A stretch of DNA of 62,517 bases from an uncultured Clostridia bacterium (GCA_946648015.1 CAMPCZ010000001.1:1-62517); one strand, 5' to 3'; numbered from the stretch's first letter, positions 10,078-19,820 are shown. A program made the numbers and translations. Notes: generated from the letters alone by a model not told the origin.

Positions 10078-10271
10078 AGTTCACCTCGATTTGCCCCAAG
10101 GGGCAAGCGTTGCTTGTATTGTAGCAAAAAAACACCCGACCGCACAAGCCCTTGCCGCACAATATGCAAAAATAGGGGCAATAGCGCCGCCGCGTGCGCA
10201 AAAATGCGGACAAACGTTGCAAAGCGGGATAGCAGATGGTATACTATGGTAGAATTGCAGCGAGGTGTGGT

Positions 10272-10964
10272 ATGCGCAAGTATATGGAAACGGGATTTTA
10301 CGCGGTGTATTTGGTGCTGATTTTGGCCGCGGGCGTCTATATGATCGTCAAAGGTCGTCGAAAAGAAACGCGCCATTTCGTCTTGTTCGGGTTGGCGTGC
10401 GTATTGCTGGGCGCGGGCGACGCGTTTCATTTGGTGCCGCGCGCCATGGGGCTGTTTGCGGGCACCCTCGACGCGCCCGATGCGCATTTGGCCTATTGGC
10501 TGGGCGTGGGCAAACTGATCACGTCCATCACGATGACGGTGTTTTATGTGTTGGCCTATGCGTTTCTCTATCGCTTGACGGGGCAAAAACGTCCCCTCGC
10601 TTTGGACTTGTCCGTGGCCGCGCTGGTGGTGGCGCGCGTGGTGCTGTGCGCTATGCCCCAAAACCGGTGGACGACCAATGCTTCCCCTCTACTGTGGGGC
10701 GTTTGGCGCAATATTCCCTTCGTCGTGTTGGGCATTTTGGTCATCGTGCTGTCCTTCGTGCACCTCGGCGGGCGCAAACCCTACCGCCTGTTGTGGCTGG
10801 CCATCGTGCTGTCCTTCGGCTTTTATATACCCGTGGTGCTGTTTGCCTCGGCCGCCTCGTGGGTGGGTATGCTTATGTTGCCCAAAACGATATGCTATCT
10901 TTGGATCGCCGCTATGGGCGTTGCCGATTGCAGGCGGTCTTTCCCCGCCGCTGCCGCCAATTAG
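10272..10964 (+). CDS. Polytopic membrane protein of unknown function
   Basis: Six to seven hydrophobic segments. RBS GAGGTG before the ATG at 10272. A TTGCAA-17-TATACT promoter-like element lies upstream. Confidence 0.7.
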   Translation: MRKYMETGFYAVYLVLILAAGVYMIVKGRRKETRHFVLFGLACVLLGAGDAFHLVPRAMGLFAGTLDAPDAHLAYWLGVGKLITSITMTVFYVLAYAFLYRLTGQKRPLALDLSVAALVVARVVLCAMPQNRWTTNASPLLWGVWRNIPFVVLGILVIVLSFVHLGGRKPYRLLWLAIVLSFGFYIPVVLFASAASWVGMLMLPKTICYLWIAAMGVADCRRSFPAAAAN

Positions 10965-11056
10965 GCCCAAAGCAACGCCGAATGCCTGTAGGCGCGCTCG
11001 GCTTTGGTTGTTTTTTATTTTACCAAATAGGGATATTCTCGCTCGATCGCGCTCGG

Positions 11057-11299
11057 TTATATCAGCTTTTTTGCCAGTTCGGACAATAAAGTTTTGCTTT
11101 CCTTTGATAACCTTCTATAGTTGTTTAGCAATGCTTCTTCTTCCGTCGTGTTTTCGTCGGACGTATCTTCTCGAAAAAAATCCGAAGGGCTAATGCCGAG
11201 TGCGTCACAAATGTTGAATAGTGTACCCAACGAGGGCAGCGTCTCTCGTGCGTACATATTGGATAGGGCAGACTGCGACAGCCCCGCCTCTTCCGCCAA
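11057..11299 (-). CDS. XRE-family HTH regulator, 5' end uncertain (possible frameshift at an A5 run)
   Basis: HTH ...LAEEAGLSQSALSNMYARETLPSLGTLFNICDALGISPSDFF. The HTH frame continues upstream (IEELRTKRGWSLYK) without a start codon. An ATG (MYRRIKKY*) sits in another frame at about 11362. Confidence 0.6.
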   Translation of the reverse strand: MAEEAGLSQSALSNMYARETLPSLGTLFNICDALGISPSDFFREDTSDENTTEEEALLNNYRRLSKESKTLLSELAKKLI

Positions 11300-11468
11300 T
11301 TTATATAGGCTCCAACCTCTTTTTGTGCGCAGTTCTTCAATACTTTTTAATACGTCTATACATATAGAATATTACACAAAAGCTGTGTAAATAAACAACA
11401 AGTGTATTGACGGCCAGTTACATATGTGATACTATGGCATTGCAAACTTTTACAAAGGAGGAAAGTAT

Positions 11469-12779
11469 ATGAAAAAAACAATTATTTCCATTTTCATCTG
11501 CGCAATTTTGTTGGCGACTTGTGCGTTGCCCGCTTGTACAGAGAACGACGTCGCGCAAGAAGAAGTAACAAGCGTTACGGTAAGTGCCCAAATGTTAAAA
11601 ACGGAATATTTGTTTGCGCCCGAAGAGACGGAGTCGGAAAACTCGCTACACGTCGTCGATGCGTATTACGACGATACGGACTATTATTACTGCATTTCTT
11701 TGGGCACAGTATTGAACGTACCCCTTGGTGACCCCGAAATTATCGAATACCAAGCGAACCAAGTTGCTTTCCGGCGAGAGTGTACGCTGACCAAAATTAC
11801 AACAAGAAGCGTAGAAACGTCTATGTCAAAAGTTGTCAGTCGGCTGACATATGACGACCATGTGGCCGGGTTTAATTTTAGCGTTGAGCACGAAGCCGGT
11901 GTGGCGGAACTCTTTAGTAATAAAGTCGGCCTCAGTTTGGGTATGCAGTTCAATTCGGACACGCAAACGACCACTACGAGTAGTACGAACACCAACAAAG
12001 AGGAGACCACGTTATCCGAATCGCAAACGATCGAATTGACCTTTGACCGTTCTTGCGCACCGGGCACGTACCGCATATCTCGCGCAAAAGATTACAACGT
12101 ATACGCCTATGCCAAGAAAAATATAGAGAGCGGCCAAATTGCAATCGAATATAAAGCCGTACCGATAGATGGGTTTATTACGTTGATTGAATATACGGAA
12201 AACGATAGGCTCCCAAATAATAGTAAGCGTATAAGCGATTTTGAATTCGATCCGCAATTGATCAATACGTTGAGTGCGCCCACAAAAGCATATCCCGATA
12301 CGCCTAAAACGGACGTTATCGACTATGCGCCTGCGACGCTCGAATTAAAGTCGACGACAGACTCGGTAGATGTGAAAGATGATTCGAAGGATAGTTATCT
12401 GGAGTTTGATTTGAGCGAAGTAAAAGAAATATTGCGCAATCACGAAGGCTCTAAGATCGTGAAGATTTCTTTGTCGCTGTATATAACCGAAATAGATGAC
12501 GGATACCAAGAGGTATATTTGACCAATCAATCTTCTCCTTCGTACAACTGGAAAGATTATACTCACCAATTTTCCGGCGACGTTTTGCTATACCCTAAAG
12601 ATGATATTGAAACGGTGGCCGGCAAAAAAGGTTCGGGTACGTTTGCCGCGGATTTCAAAGTAAATTTGACCTTGCTGGATTTGGCGGATAAATTCTATTT
12701 GTTCTGTGGCGCAAATGGCAAAAAAGAAGACAGCTGGACGGCTTCGAACGCCAAAATAACGCTGACGTTTGCCTACTAG
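11469..12779 (+). CDS. Lipoprotein of unknown function in a visibly AT-richer stretch
   Basis: RBS AAAGGAGGAAAG. Signal peptide MKKTIISIFICAILLATCALPAC has a lipobox-like Cys. Ser/Thr/Asn-rich. Confidence 0.8.
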   Translation: MKKTIISIFICAILLATCALPACTENDVAQEEVTSVTVSAQMLKTEYLFAPEETESENSLHVVDAYYDDTDYYYCISLGTVLNVPLGDPEIIEYQANQVAFRRECTLTKITTRSVETSMSKVVSRLTYDDHVAGFNFSVEHEAGVAELFSNKVGLSLGMQFNSDTQTTTTSSTNTNKEETTLSESQTIELTFDRSCAPGTYRISRAKDYNVYAYAKKNIESGQIAIEYKAVPIDGFITLIEYTENDRLPNNSKRISDFEFDPQLINTLSAPTKAYPDTPKTDVIDYAPATLELKSTTDSVDVKDDSKDSYLEFDLSEVKEILRNHEGSKIVKISLSLYITEIDDGYQEVYLTNQSSPSYNWKDYTHQFSGDVLLYPKDDIETVAGKKGSGTFAADFKVNLTLLDLADKFYLFCGANGKKEDSWTASNAKITLTFAY

Positions 12780-12788
12780 AAACCCAAT

Positions 12789-12831
12789 ACAAACAAATAT
12801 CCCTCGGGTGGCCCGAGGGATATTTGTTTGT
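12789..12831. terminator. Bidirectional terminator with a 20-bp perfect stem
   Basis: ACAAACAAATATCCCTCGGG (12789-12808) pairs with CCCGAGGGATATTTGTTTGT (12812-12831). Confidence 0.85.
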
Positions 12832-12836
12832 GCGGT

Positions 12837-14534
12837 TTAGTTTTTGTCGGTTGGTATCGCGGCGGCTTCGCTTTGCGCTACGTCGGCGGGGGTGGCGTCG
12901 GCCTCCGCTGTGCCCAACGAGTCCTTGCGCATGACGGTAACGGTGCCGCGGAAGCAGTCGAATAGGCGGTCGGTTGCGGCCGGGTCGAGTTTGCCGGTTT
13001 TGACCTCGTGTCGGTAGGTGCAAAGGCTGACCAAAGGCACCAGCACGATGCCCGCCACCATCGAGATGGCGCCCATCACCACGGCGTTGGCAAAGTCGAG
13101 CGTTTCACCCGAGGCAAACGCAACTCGCATAAACGTCCAGCCCGCCAATTTGTACACAAGGGAGAAGATCATTATGCTGACGCCCGCTACGAAAGAGGTC
13201 CACACCGAGGCGCGGGTGATCTTTTTGCTGTACAAACCGTATAGGAACGGCGCCAAGAACGCGCCCGCCAATGCGCCCCAACTGATGCCCATCAAGGAGG
13301 CGATTTCGCTGAAGTTGTATATTTTTTGCACGATGGCGATGGTAGCGCTGACCACGATGAAGAAAGCGAGGAATATGCGCATGATGAGCATTTGCTTCTT
13401 TTCGGTCATCTTTTCTTTGGGGACGATGTGTCCTTTGATGAGATCCAGCGTAAGGGTAGAGGAGGAAGTGAGCACCAGACTAGATAGAGTGGACATACTG
13501 GCCGACAGCACCAAGATGACTACGATGCCCATCAAAAAGTCGCTGTGCACGGCTTGCTCGAGCATAGAGGGCACAATGGAGTCGAAGTCGGTGGCGGCGG
13601 GCACGAACAGTCGGCCGAAGCCGCCCAAAAAATAGCACCCTCCGGCCACTATCACGGCAAATATGGTGGAGATGATGGTGCCCTTGCGGATATCGTTTTC
13701 GCTCTTGATGGCGTAGAATTTGTTGACCATTTGGGGCAAGCCCCAAGTGCCCAGCGAGGTGAGCACGATGACGAACCCCAAAAAGATGGGCATAGCGCCG
13801 AAGAAGGAGCTGTATTGCCAGCCCGCCGACTCGGCCAAAGCCGCCATAGAGCCCGTAAGGCCGCCGTTGGCGGACAACACGGCCGCTATGACCGCCACGA
13901 TGCCGATGAGCATGATGATGCCCTGTATAAAGTCGTTGATGGCCGTGGCCATATAGCCGCCCGCCAGCACGTACACGCCCGTGAGCAACGCCATGACGCA
14001 CACGATGATGACGTAGGCGAGGTTTTCGTTGCTAAAGCCGAACGCCACCGTAAATAGGCGCGACAGACCGTTGAACAGCGATGCCGTGTAGGGAATGAGA
14101 AAGATGAACACGATGATGGACGAGGCTATTTTGAGGGCATTGGAGCCGTAGCGTTTGCCGAAAAACTCGGGCATCGTCTTGGTGTCCAGCGATTGCGTCA
14201 TCACGCGGGTGCGCCGCCCCAATATGACCCAAGCCAGCAGCGAGCCGATGACCGCGTTGCCTATGCCTATCCAGGTGCTGGCCACGCCGAACAGATAGCC
14301 GAATTGGCCGGCGTAGCCTATAAAAATGACCGCGCTGAAATAGGACGTGCCGTAGGTGAACGCCGTGAGCCACGGGCCGACCGATCTGCCGCCCAGCACA
14401 AAGCCGTTGACGTCCTTGGCCTTGCGGCGGCAATAGATGCCCACGTATACCATCACCGCAAAAAAGAGGACGATCATCACCGCCATCAGGACGATACCGC
14501 CCGTGGTGCGCGTAGCCGCTAACATAGTATTCAT
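12837..14534 (-). CDS. Sodium:solute symporter (SSS) family transporter
   Basis: About 13 TM segments. N-terminal pattern FVLGGRSVGPWLTAFTYGTSYFSAVIFIGYAGQ is typical of SSS. Start set at MNTML (RBS AAGGAG). The ORF track extension to 14672 covers the T-box leader. Confidence 0.9.
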   Translation of the reverse strand: MNTMLAATRTTGGIVLMAVMIVLFFAVMVYVGIYCRRKAKDVNGFVLGGRSVGPWLTAFTYGTSYFSAVIFIGYAGQFGYLFGVASTWIGIGNAVIGSLLAWVILGRRTRVMTQSLDTKTMPEFFGKRYGSNALKIASSIIVFIFLIPYTASLFNGLSRLFTVAFGFSNENLAYVIIVCVMALLTGVYVLAGGYMATAINDFIQGIIMLIGIVAVIAAVLSANGGLTGSMAALAESAGWQYSSFFGAMPIFLGFVIVLTSLGTWGLPQMVNKFYAIKSENDIRKGTIISTIFAVIVAGGCYFLGGFGRLFVPAATDFDSIVPSMLEQAVHSDFLMGIVVILVLSASMSTLSSLVLTSSSTLTLDLIKGHIVPKEKMTEKKQMLIMRIFLAFFIVVSATIAIVQKIYNFSEIASLMGISWGALAGAFLAPFLYGLYSKKITRASVWTSFVAGVSIMIFSLVYKLAGWTFMRVAFASGETLDFANAVVMGAISMVAGIVLVPLVSLCTYRHEVKTGKLDPAATDRLFDCFRGTVTVMRKDSLGTAEADATPADVAQSEAAAIPTDKN

Positions 14535-14571
14535 AACAACTCCTTTCGTGCGTATGCACGGCGGCCTTTGG

Positions 14572-14853
14572 CAACAAAAAACCTCTCTCGCCAAAAGACC
14601 GTGGTCTATATGCGAAAGAGGACGACATAGCCGTGGTACCACCTCTTTTCGTGGGAATATCGCTATCCCCACCTCGTGGAGCCCCCATAGGGTGCCCCGT
14701 CGCTATCACGGGCGATACCCGTCGTAGCCTACTCGTTGCCTTTCGGTACGCAACTCGCGAAATGTATTCGAGCACCGCCACCCTTCGTGCCTTGCAGCCA
14801 CCGGCACTTCTCTCTAAGGCAATGGACGGGTCTACTTGTTTTCGCTCAAACGC
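14572..14853 (-). promoter_or_regulatory. T-box leader (tRNA-sensing attenuator), candidate specifier UAC (Tyr)
   Basis: Read on the minus strand. Stem I elements: AGUA, AG bulge AGAGAG, distal loop CCGGUGGCUGCAAGG. Specifier context GAA-UAC-A. T-box sequence AAAGAGGUGGUACCACGG. Competing terminator CCUCUUUCGC...GCGAGAGAGG plus U6, about 40 nt before the symporter ATG. Confidence 0.8.
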
Positions 14854-14940
14854 TTTATAGTTCAACTATATCACAACGCAAAAAGGCAAGTCAATTTGCC
14901 AAACGGGGTGCGACGCTTTTTTTGCACAAAAATGCGCGAT

Positions 14941-15510
14941 TCAGGGGCAATTTTTTGCCAATTCCTTGCACTTTTGGTAGTTTTGATGGCACAACTCGCA
15001 ATCGGTCATGGCGCGGTGCGCGCCCGTCGTATCAAATCCGAAATAGGCGGCCAGCGCCGTTTGTTTGTGGCTTTCGAGGTCGGGCAACAACTTGCGCGAT
15101 AGGCGCAGCACGTCCACGTAGTCGTTGGCAAGCGGGGTGCAACAGTAGCGCTCGAGGTTGTCGTACAGCACGCACACGTCGTAGTTGACGTTGTGCCCCA
15201 CCAACACGTCCCCCGCCACAAAGGCGTAGAATTGGGGCAACACGTCGGCGGGGAAGGGCGCCAAGGCCACCATATCGTCGGTGATGCCCGTCAGGCGGCG
15301 TATAAACCAATCTATGGGTTGGTGCGGCCGCACCAGCGAGCTGAATGAGGCTACGGGGTGATTGTCGCGCACGCGCAGGGCGGACACTTCGATGAGGTCG
15401 ATGACGCCGTCCACCACGGTGTTGGTCTCCACGTCCACCACGGTGTAGTCGTCGGGAAATGCCCATAGGCTATTGCCCTTCAGGGGGCGTTTTTGGGGCG
15501 TTTTGCTCAT
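14941..15510 (-). CDS. DEDDh 3'-5' exonuclease (DnaQ/epsilon-like domain protein)
   Basis: Exo motifs VVDVETN, GHNVNYD, HRAMTD. Start at MSKTPQ. The longer ORF-track version is an Arg-rich read-through. Confidence 0.85.
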   Translation of the reverse strand: MSKTPQKRPLKGNSLWAFPDDYTVVDVETNTVVDGVIDLIEVSALRVRDNHPVASFSSLVRPHQPIDWFIRRLTGITDDMVALAPFPADVLPQFYAFVAGDVLVGHNVNYDVCVLYDNLERYCCTPLANDYVDVLRLSRKLLPDLESHKQTALAAYFGFDTTGAHRAMTDCELCHQNYQKCKELAKNCP

Positions 15511-16007
15511 AGTTTTTTGCGTTCGTCGCTGACGATATGCCACACTTGGTCGGGCATTTGCGCCAAGTATTCGCCCAAAAAGGCGGGGTATGCGCGCACT
15601 TCGCCCAATTCGGCCAAGGGTATCCAATGCATCGTTTCGGGTACGCCGTGCGTGTAGCTGTCGGCGTGCAATTCGCGGCTGCCGCGGGGTTTCATCAAAT
15701 AGTAAAAACACACCTCGTGGCATTCCAGCCCTTCCCATTCGCCGCCGTGTCCGTCGAAGAAGTTTTCGTGTATCACGGCCAGGCGGTCCACTTCGTATTG
15801 CACGCCGGTTTCTTCGCATACTTCGCGCCGAACGGCGTCCTCGGAGCGCTCGCCGACGTGCACGCCGCCGCCTACCGAATAGATGTAGTCCTCGTTGCGG
15901 TTGCCGGCAAACAGTACGGCGCCGTCCTCTACGATGATGGCCGCGGCACGGTAGCGAAACCAATGTTTGCCTATGCTAAATCCACAGTCGATCGCATTCT
16001 CTGTCAT
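15507..16007 (-). CDS. NUDIX hydrolase
   Basis: Nudix box GGGVHVGERSEDAVRREVCEETGV. 4-nt overlap with the downstream exonuclease gene. Confidence 0.85.
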   Translation of the reverse strand: MTENAIDCGFSIGKHWFRYRAAAIIVEDGAVLFAGNRNEDYIYSVGGGVHVGERSEDAVRREVCEETGVQYEVDRLAVIHENFFDGHGGEWEGLECHEVCFYYLMKPRGSRELHADSYTHGVPETMHWIPLAELGEVRAYPAFLGEYLAQMPDQVWHIVSDERKKL

Positions 16008-16243
16008 GTTTCCTTCCTTTGCGTTTGCTTCGTTTTATTTGATTATACACCCGTCGCCGCCTTGCGCAAGCGTTTTGGACGTTTTTTGTCAAACGGCCGC
16101 CTTTTGTTTGCGTCGCAGGCTGTGACGATGGGCGTGCCCTCTCCTCGGCAACCAAAAACCTTGCCGAAAACGCGTTCGACAAGGCTTTGGGGCAAGTAGC
16201 CGCCCATAGGGGCGACTGCTATCGCGCTACGCGCCGTGGCGCG

Positions 16244-17035
16244 TTAGTTGTTGGAGGCGGAATTGCTGCTTTGCACTTTGGCGATGATCTGCAGAATGCG
16301 CATCAGCAGTTGCAAAAACTCCAGCACGATATCGTTGATGTATTGGATATTGTACAGTTTGAACAATTGGCGCATCATCTCTATCTCTTCGTCGGTGGCC
16401 ATGTCCTCTTGCTTCAATATGGTGCAAGCGCGGTCTTGCGCTTTCTTTTCGGTTTTGAGGGTCATGACGGACAGGACGAAGGAGATCGAGTATATGCCCA
16501 AGCCGAGCACGGCGGCTATCGTGGTGGCCACACCCGTAAAGCTGAATAGGATCACGTCGATGGCCACGCCGATGGCGACGATGGGCACAAAGGCGAAAGG
16601 TCCTAGATACATCAGCGGCGTGAGGACCACGCGCGTGCGCATATCCTTATCGCCCTCTTTGTCCAAAATGGCCAAAGCCGACTTTTCCGCGCCCATGGCC
16701 AGCGACGTAATGCTGGGCTTTTTGGTGGTCAGCCTTCTTAAACGCACCTTTTTGAAATAGTGCGAGTAGCTGTTGCCAAACAACATAGAGCCGACGACCG
16801 ACACTTTGATGTGTTGCAAGCCGTGCTTGTCCAAAATGCGGCGCGCCGCGTCTTTGCCCGACAACCCGCGCGAATTCATTCTGCGATTGTAGACGAAATA
16901 TTTGATGGATAGCCATAACGAAATGCACACCGATATGGCGCCTACCACCACGATCAGGCAACCGACGATAAAGATCGCCCATTGCACGGCGGGGGATACG
17001 TTTTGGAATTGTTCGAATTGTTGTAGAAACGGCAT
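16244..17035 (-). CDS. YugP-like membrane zinc-metallopeptidase homologue lacking the HExxH histidines
   Basis: Topology and segments GLSGKDAARRILDKHGL and KKVRL resemble the YugP/Zn_peptidase_2 family as recalled from memory. The position expected for HExxH reads AEKSA. Start at MPFLQQ. Confidence 0.65.
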   Translation of the reverse strand: MPFLQQFEQFQNVSPAVQWAIFIVGCLIVVVGAISVCISLWLSIKYFVYNRRMNSRGLSGKDAARRILDKHGLQHIKVSVVGSMLFGNSYSHYFKKVRLRRLTTKKPSITSLAMGAEKSALAILDKEGDKDMRTRVVLTPLMYLGPFAFVPIVAIGVAIDVILFSFTGVATTIAAVLGLGIYSISFVLSVMTLKTEKKAQDRACTILKQEDMATDEEIEMMRQLFKLYNIQYINDIVLEFLQLLMRILQIIAKVQSSNSASNN

Positions 17036-17164
17036 GAGTATTCTCCTTATTGTAGAGTACTGGCATTGTACGCCCGTATGTCCATCAAATGTCCAACAAT
17101 ATGGGCAACGTGCCAAAAAGTGAGGTTTTGGGTGCGTAGACGTCGGCCGAGGGGTCCCCTTTGG

Positions 17165-17968
17165 CTAGCGCCGCGCGGCGCGTTCTTCTTTGACGCGGTC
17201 GAGGTAGGCTTCGCTGAGGTTGGCCCAATAGTAGCCGTTCATATATTCGCCCCTATACACTTCCGTCGTTTCGCCCGCAAAAAAGCGGTAGAGGTCGCAG
17301 TCGAAACGGTCGGGGCAAACGCGCAGATTGCCGCGTTTTTGCTCGATGACGCTCGCTGCGTCGTGCTCTTGCAACGTCTGCCGCAGGCTGCGAATGATCA
17401 CGTCCAAATACTTTTGCTTGGAGCGGTCGTACTGGCCGTCTTCCCACAACGCGGCCGCCACGGTGGCGCGCGTAACGAAGCCGCCTTGCCTATCTACCAA
17501 AAACGCCAGCAATTCTTTGGCTTTTGCGCGCGCAAACGCGATGGGGCGGCCGTCTATCAGCAGGTCGAATTCGCCGAAGGTGCGCGCAAAAACGCGCTCC
17601 TTTGCCGCATTGGGCCGCTGACGCAGCGCGTATTGCACCTCGTCGGCAAGCCTATCGGGGGATACGGGCTTGAGCATATAGCCCACGGCGTGTATGCGAA
17701 ATGCTTCCAGCGCATATTGCGCGCGATCGGTCAAAAAGAGAATGGGCACGTCGGGGGTCAACGCTTGTATCTCGCTAGCCAACGCCAAACCGTCGAGCCC
17801 CTCGTCCACGTCGAGAATGGCGACGTCCACGGGGTTTTGGCGTAGGTATTGCAAGGCTTGCGTGGCGTCGGCAAAGCCTTGTGTATCGTCCAAGATGGGC
17901 AACGCGCGGCAAAGTGCCACCGTTGTCGCCAATGCCTCTTTATCGTCGTCTACGCAGATCGCTTTCAT
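17165..17968 (-). CDS. Response regulator with winged-helix (OmpR/SARP-like) DNA-binding domain and helical C-terminal extension
   Basis: Receiver MKAICVDDD...VAILDVDEGLDG...GYMLKP, then a winged-helix-like segment KELLAFLVDRQGGFVTRATVAAALW. Start at MKAICV. Confidence 0.85.
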   Translation of the reverse strand: MKAICVDDDKEALATTVALCRALPILDDTQGFADATQALQYLRQNPVDVAILDVDEGLDGLALASEIQALTPDVPILFLTDRAQYALEAFRIHAVGYMLKPVSPDRLADEVQYALRQRPNAAKERVFARTFGEFDLLIDGRPIAFARAKAKELLAFLVDRQGGFVTRATVAAALWEDGQYDRSKQKYLDVIIRSLRQTLQEHDAASVIEQKRGNLRVCPDRFDCDLYRFFAGETTEVYRGEYMNGYYWANLSEAYLDRVKEERAARR

Positions 17969-18227
17969 TCGGGTCTCCTTCGCCGCGGCCGAGCGCGGTT
18001 GCTTTCGGCGCGCTTTTTCCTTATCATTATATAGCAAAACGCCTTGGTTTCCAACCGAAATGGACGAATTGCGGGCAAAACGCCGCCGCACTGCCTTTTG
18101 CGGGGGTGGCGGCGCTACACAAAAAACTATTTTGCGCAGCGGTTTGCAATATGCTGGGCAAATTCCGTCGAGTGTGGTATACTGGTAGCGCAAGCGTTCG
18201 CTTACCATACACGCAAAGGAGATATCT

Positions 18228-19820
18228 ATGAACGAAATCAACGGCACCGTCGTCGAAAACGAAGTGGTCATCAATCTGTCGGGTAGGATCGACTCCAACA
18301 ACGCGCCCTCCGTTGAGGCGGAGATATTGCAATTTATCGGCCCGCATCGCGCCTTGCCTTTGGTGCTGGACGCCGCGGGGCTGTCCTATATATCCAGCGC
18401 GGGGTTGCGCATATTGTTGCATTTGCGCAAGACCCACCACGATATGCGCATCGTCAACGTCAACAGCGACGTGTACGAAATATTGGATATGACCGGGTTC
18501 ACCCAAATGATAGACGTGGTCAAGGCCTATCGCCAAGTGTCCGTCGAGGGGTGCGAGGAGATAGGGCGCGGCGCCAACGGCATCATCTACCGCATCGACC
18601 GCGACAACGTGGTCAAGGTGTATCGCAATGCCGACGCTTTGGCCGAGATACAACACGAGCGCGAAGTGGCTCGATTGGCGTTGGTGTTGGGCATTCCCAC
18701 CGCCATATCCTACGACGTGGTCAAGGTCGGCGATACGTACGGCTCGGTGTTCGAGTTGCTCAACGCCAGTTCCTTTTCCAAAATTCTCGTAGACTCGCCC
18801 GACAAGATAGATTGGTGCGTCAACGAGTTTGCCACCATGCTCAAACGCATACACAACACGTTGGTTCCGCGCGGCAAATTGCCCGATATGCGCGCCAAGG
18901 TGCTGGATTGGGCGCAATTCGTGCGCGGCTATCTGCCCGCCGAGGCCGGCGACAAGTTGGTGGCGCTCATAGAGGCGGTGCCCTACGACGACCACATGAT
19001 ACACGGCGACTACCACACCAAAAACCTCGAGTTGCAGGGCGACGAAGTGCTGATCATCGATATGGATACGCTGTCGGTCGGCCACCCCATATTCGAGTTG
19101 GGTTGCACCTACAACTCGTTCATTGGCTTTTCGGAGTACGACCCCGAAACGGTGCTACGCTTTCAGGGGTTTGATTTGCAAACTTCCCAAACCTTTTGGC
19201 GCAAGTTTTTGGCGGCCTATTTGGGCACCGATGACCCCGACGTGTTGCGCGAGGTACAAGACAAGGCGCGCGTGGTGGGCTACACCCGCCTGATACGCCG
19301 CTCCATTCGCCGCGGCGGGTTGGACGACCCGCACGAAAAGGCCGAGCTCGATTTGTGGACAAAGAACCTCGTCGCGCTCTTGGACAAAGTGGACACCTTG
19401 GAATTTTTGCCCAACGTGCTGGAGATAGAGGCCGACGGCGCCAATTTGCCTACGGTGCTCGACTTTATCGATCGGCATTTGACGACGGCGGGCTGTTCGC
19501 CCAAGATCAAGATGCAGTTGTCCATAGCCGCCGAGGAGATTTTTGTCAATATCGCCAACTACGCCTACAAGCCCGGGCGCGGACTGGCTTCGGTCAAGGT
19601 GGAAGTAGCCGACGACCCCTTGGTGGTGACCATCACCTTTATGGACAATGGCAACCCCTTCGACCCCACCCAAGCGAGCGACCCCGACGTGTCCCTCACG
19701 GCCGAGGAGCGCGACGAGGGCGGACTGGGCATTTTTATGACAAAGCAGATGATGGACGACGTGTCCTATACCTACGAGGGCGGCAAAAATATCTTGCGTC
19801 TCAAAAAGGGGGTTAAATGA
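18228..19820 (+). CDS. Three-domain fusion: STAS (anti-sigma antagonist-like), APH/choline-kinase-like phosphotransferase, and SpoIIAB/RsbW-like HATPase
   Basis: STAS with conserved Ser context (GLSYISSAGLRILL). Kinase motifs IGRGANGIIY, VKVY, MIHGDYHTKNL, IIDMD. C-terminal GHKL-type segment EEIFVNIANYAY...DNGNPFDP...GGLGIFMTK. Confidence 0.85.
   Translation: MNEINGTVVENEVVINLSGRIDSNNAPSVEAEILQFIGPHRALPLVLDAAGLSYISSAGLRILLHLRKTHHDMRIVNVNSDVYEILDMTGFTQMIDVVKAYRQVSVEGCEEIGRGANGIIYRIDRDNVVKVYRNADALAEIQHEREVARLALVLGIPTAISYDVVKVGDTYGSVFELLNASSFSKILVDSPDKIDWCVNEFATMLKRIHNTLVPRGKLPDMRAKVLDWAQFVRGYLPAEAGDKLVALIEAVPYDDHMIHGDYHTKNLELQGDEVLIIDMDTLSVGHPIFELGCTYNSFIGFSEYDPETVLRFQGFDLQTSQTFWRKFLAAYLGTDDPDVLREVQDKARVVGYTRLIRRSIRRGGLDDPHEKAELDLWTKNLVALLDKVDTLEFLPNVLEIEADGANLPTVLDFIDRHLTTAGCSPKIKMQLSIAAEEIFVNIANYAYKPGRGLASVKVEVADDPLVVTITFMDNGNPFDPTQASDPDVSLTAEERDEGGLGIFMTKQMMDDVSYTYEGGKNILRLKKGVK

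Noticed and set aside
10078-10271. TPP riboswitch expected near the thiamine diphosphokinase and the adjacent membrane protein.
   Set aside because: No CUGAGA / ACCUGAUCUGGAUAAUGCCAGCG-like core is present. The region contains only a TTGCAA-17-TATACT promoter-like element.
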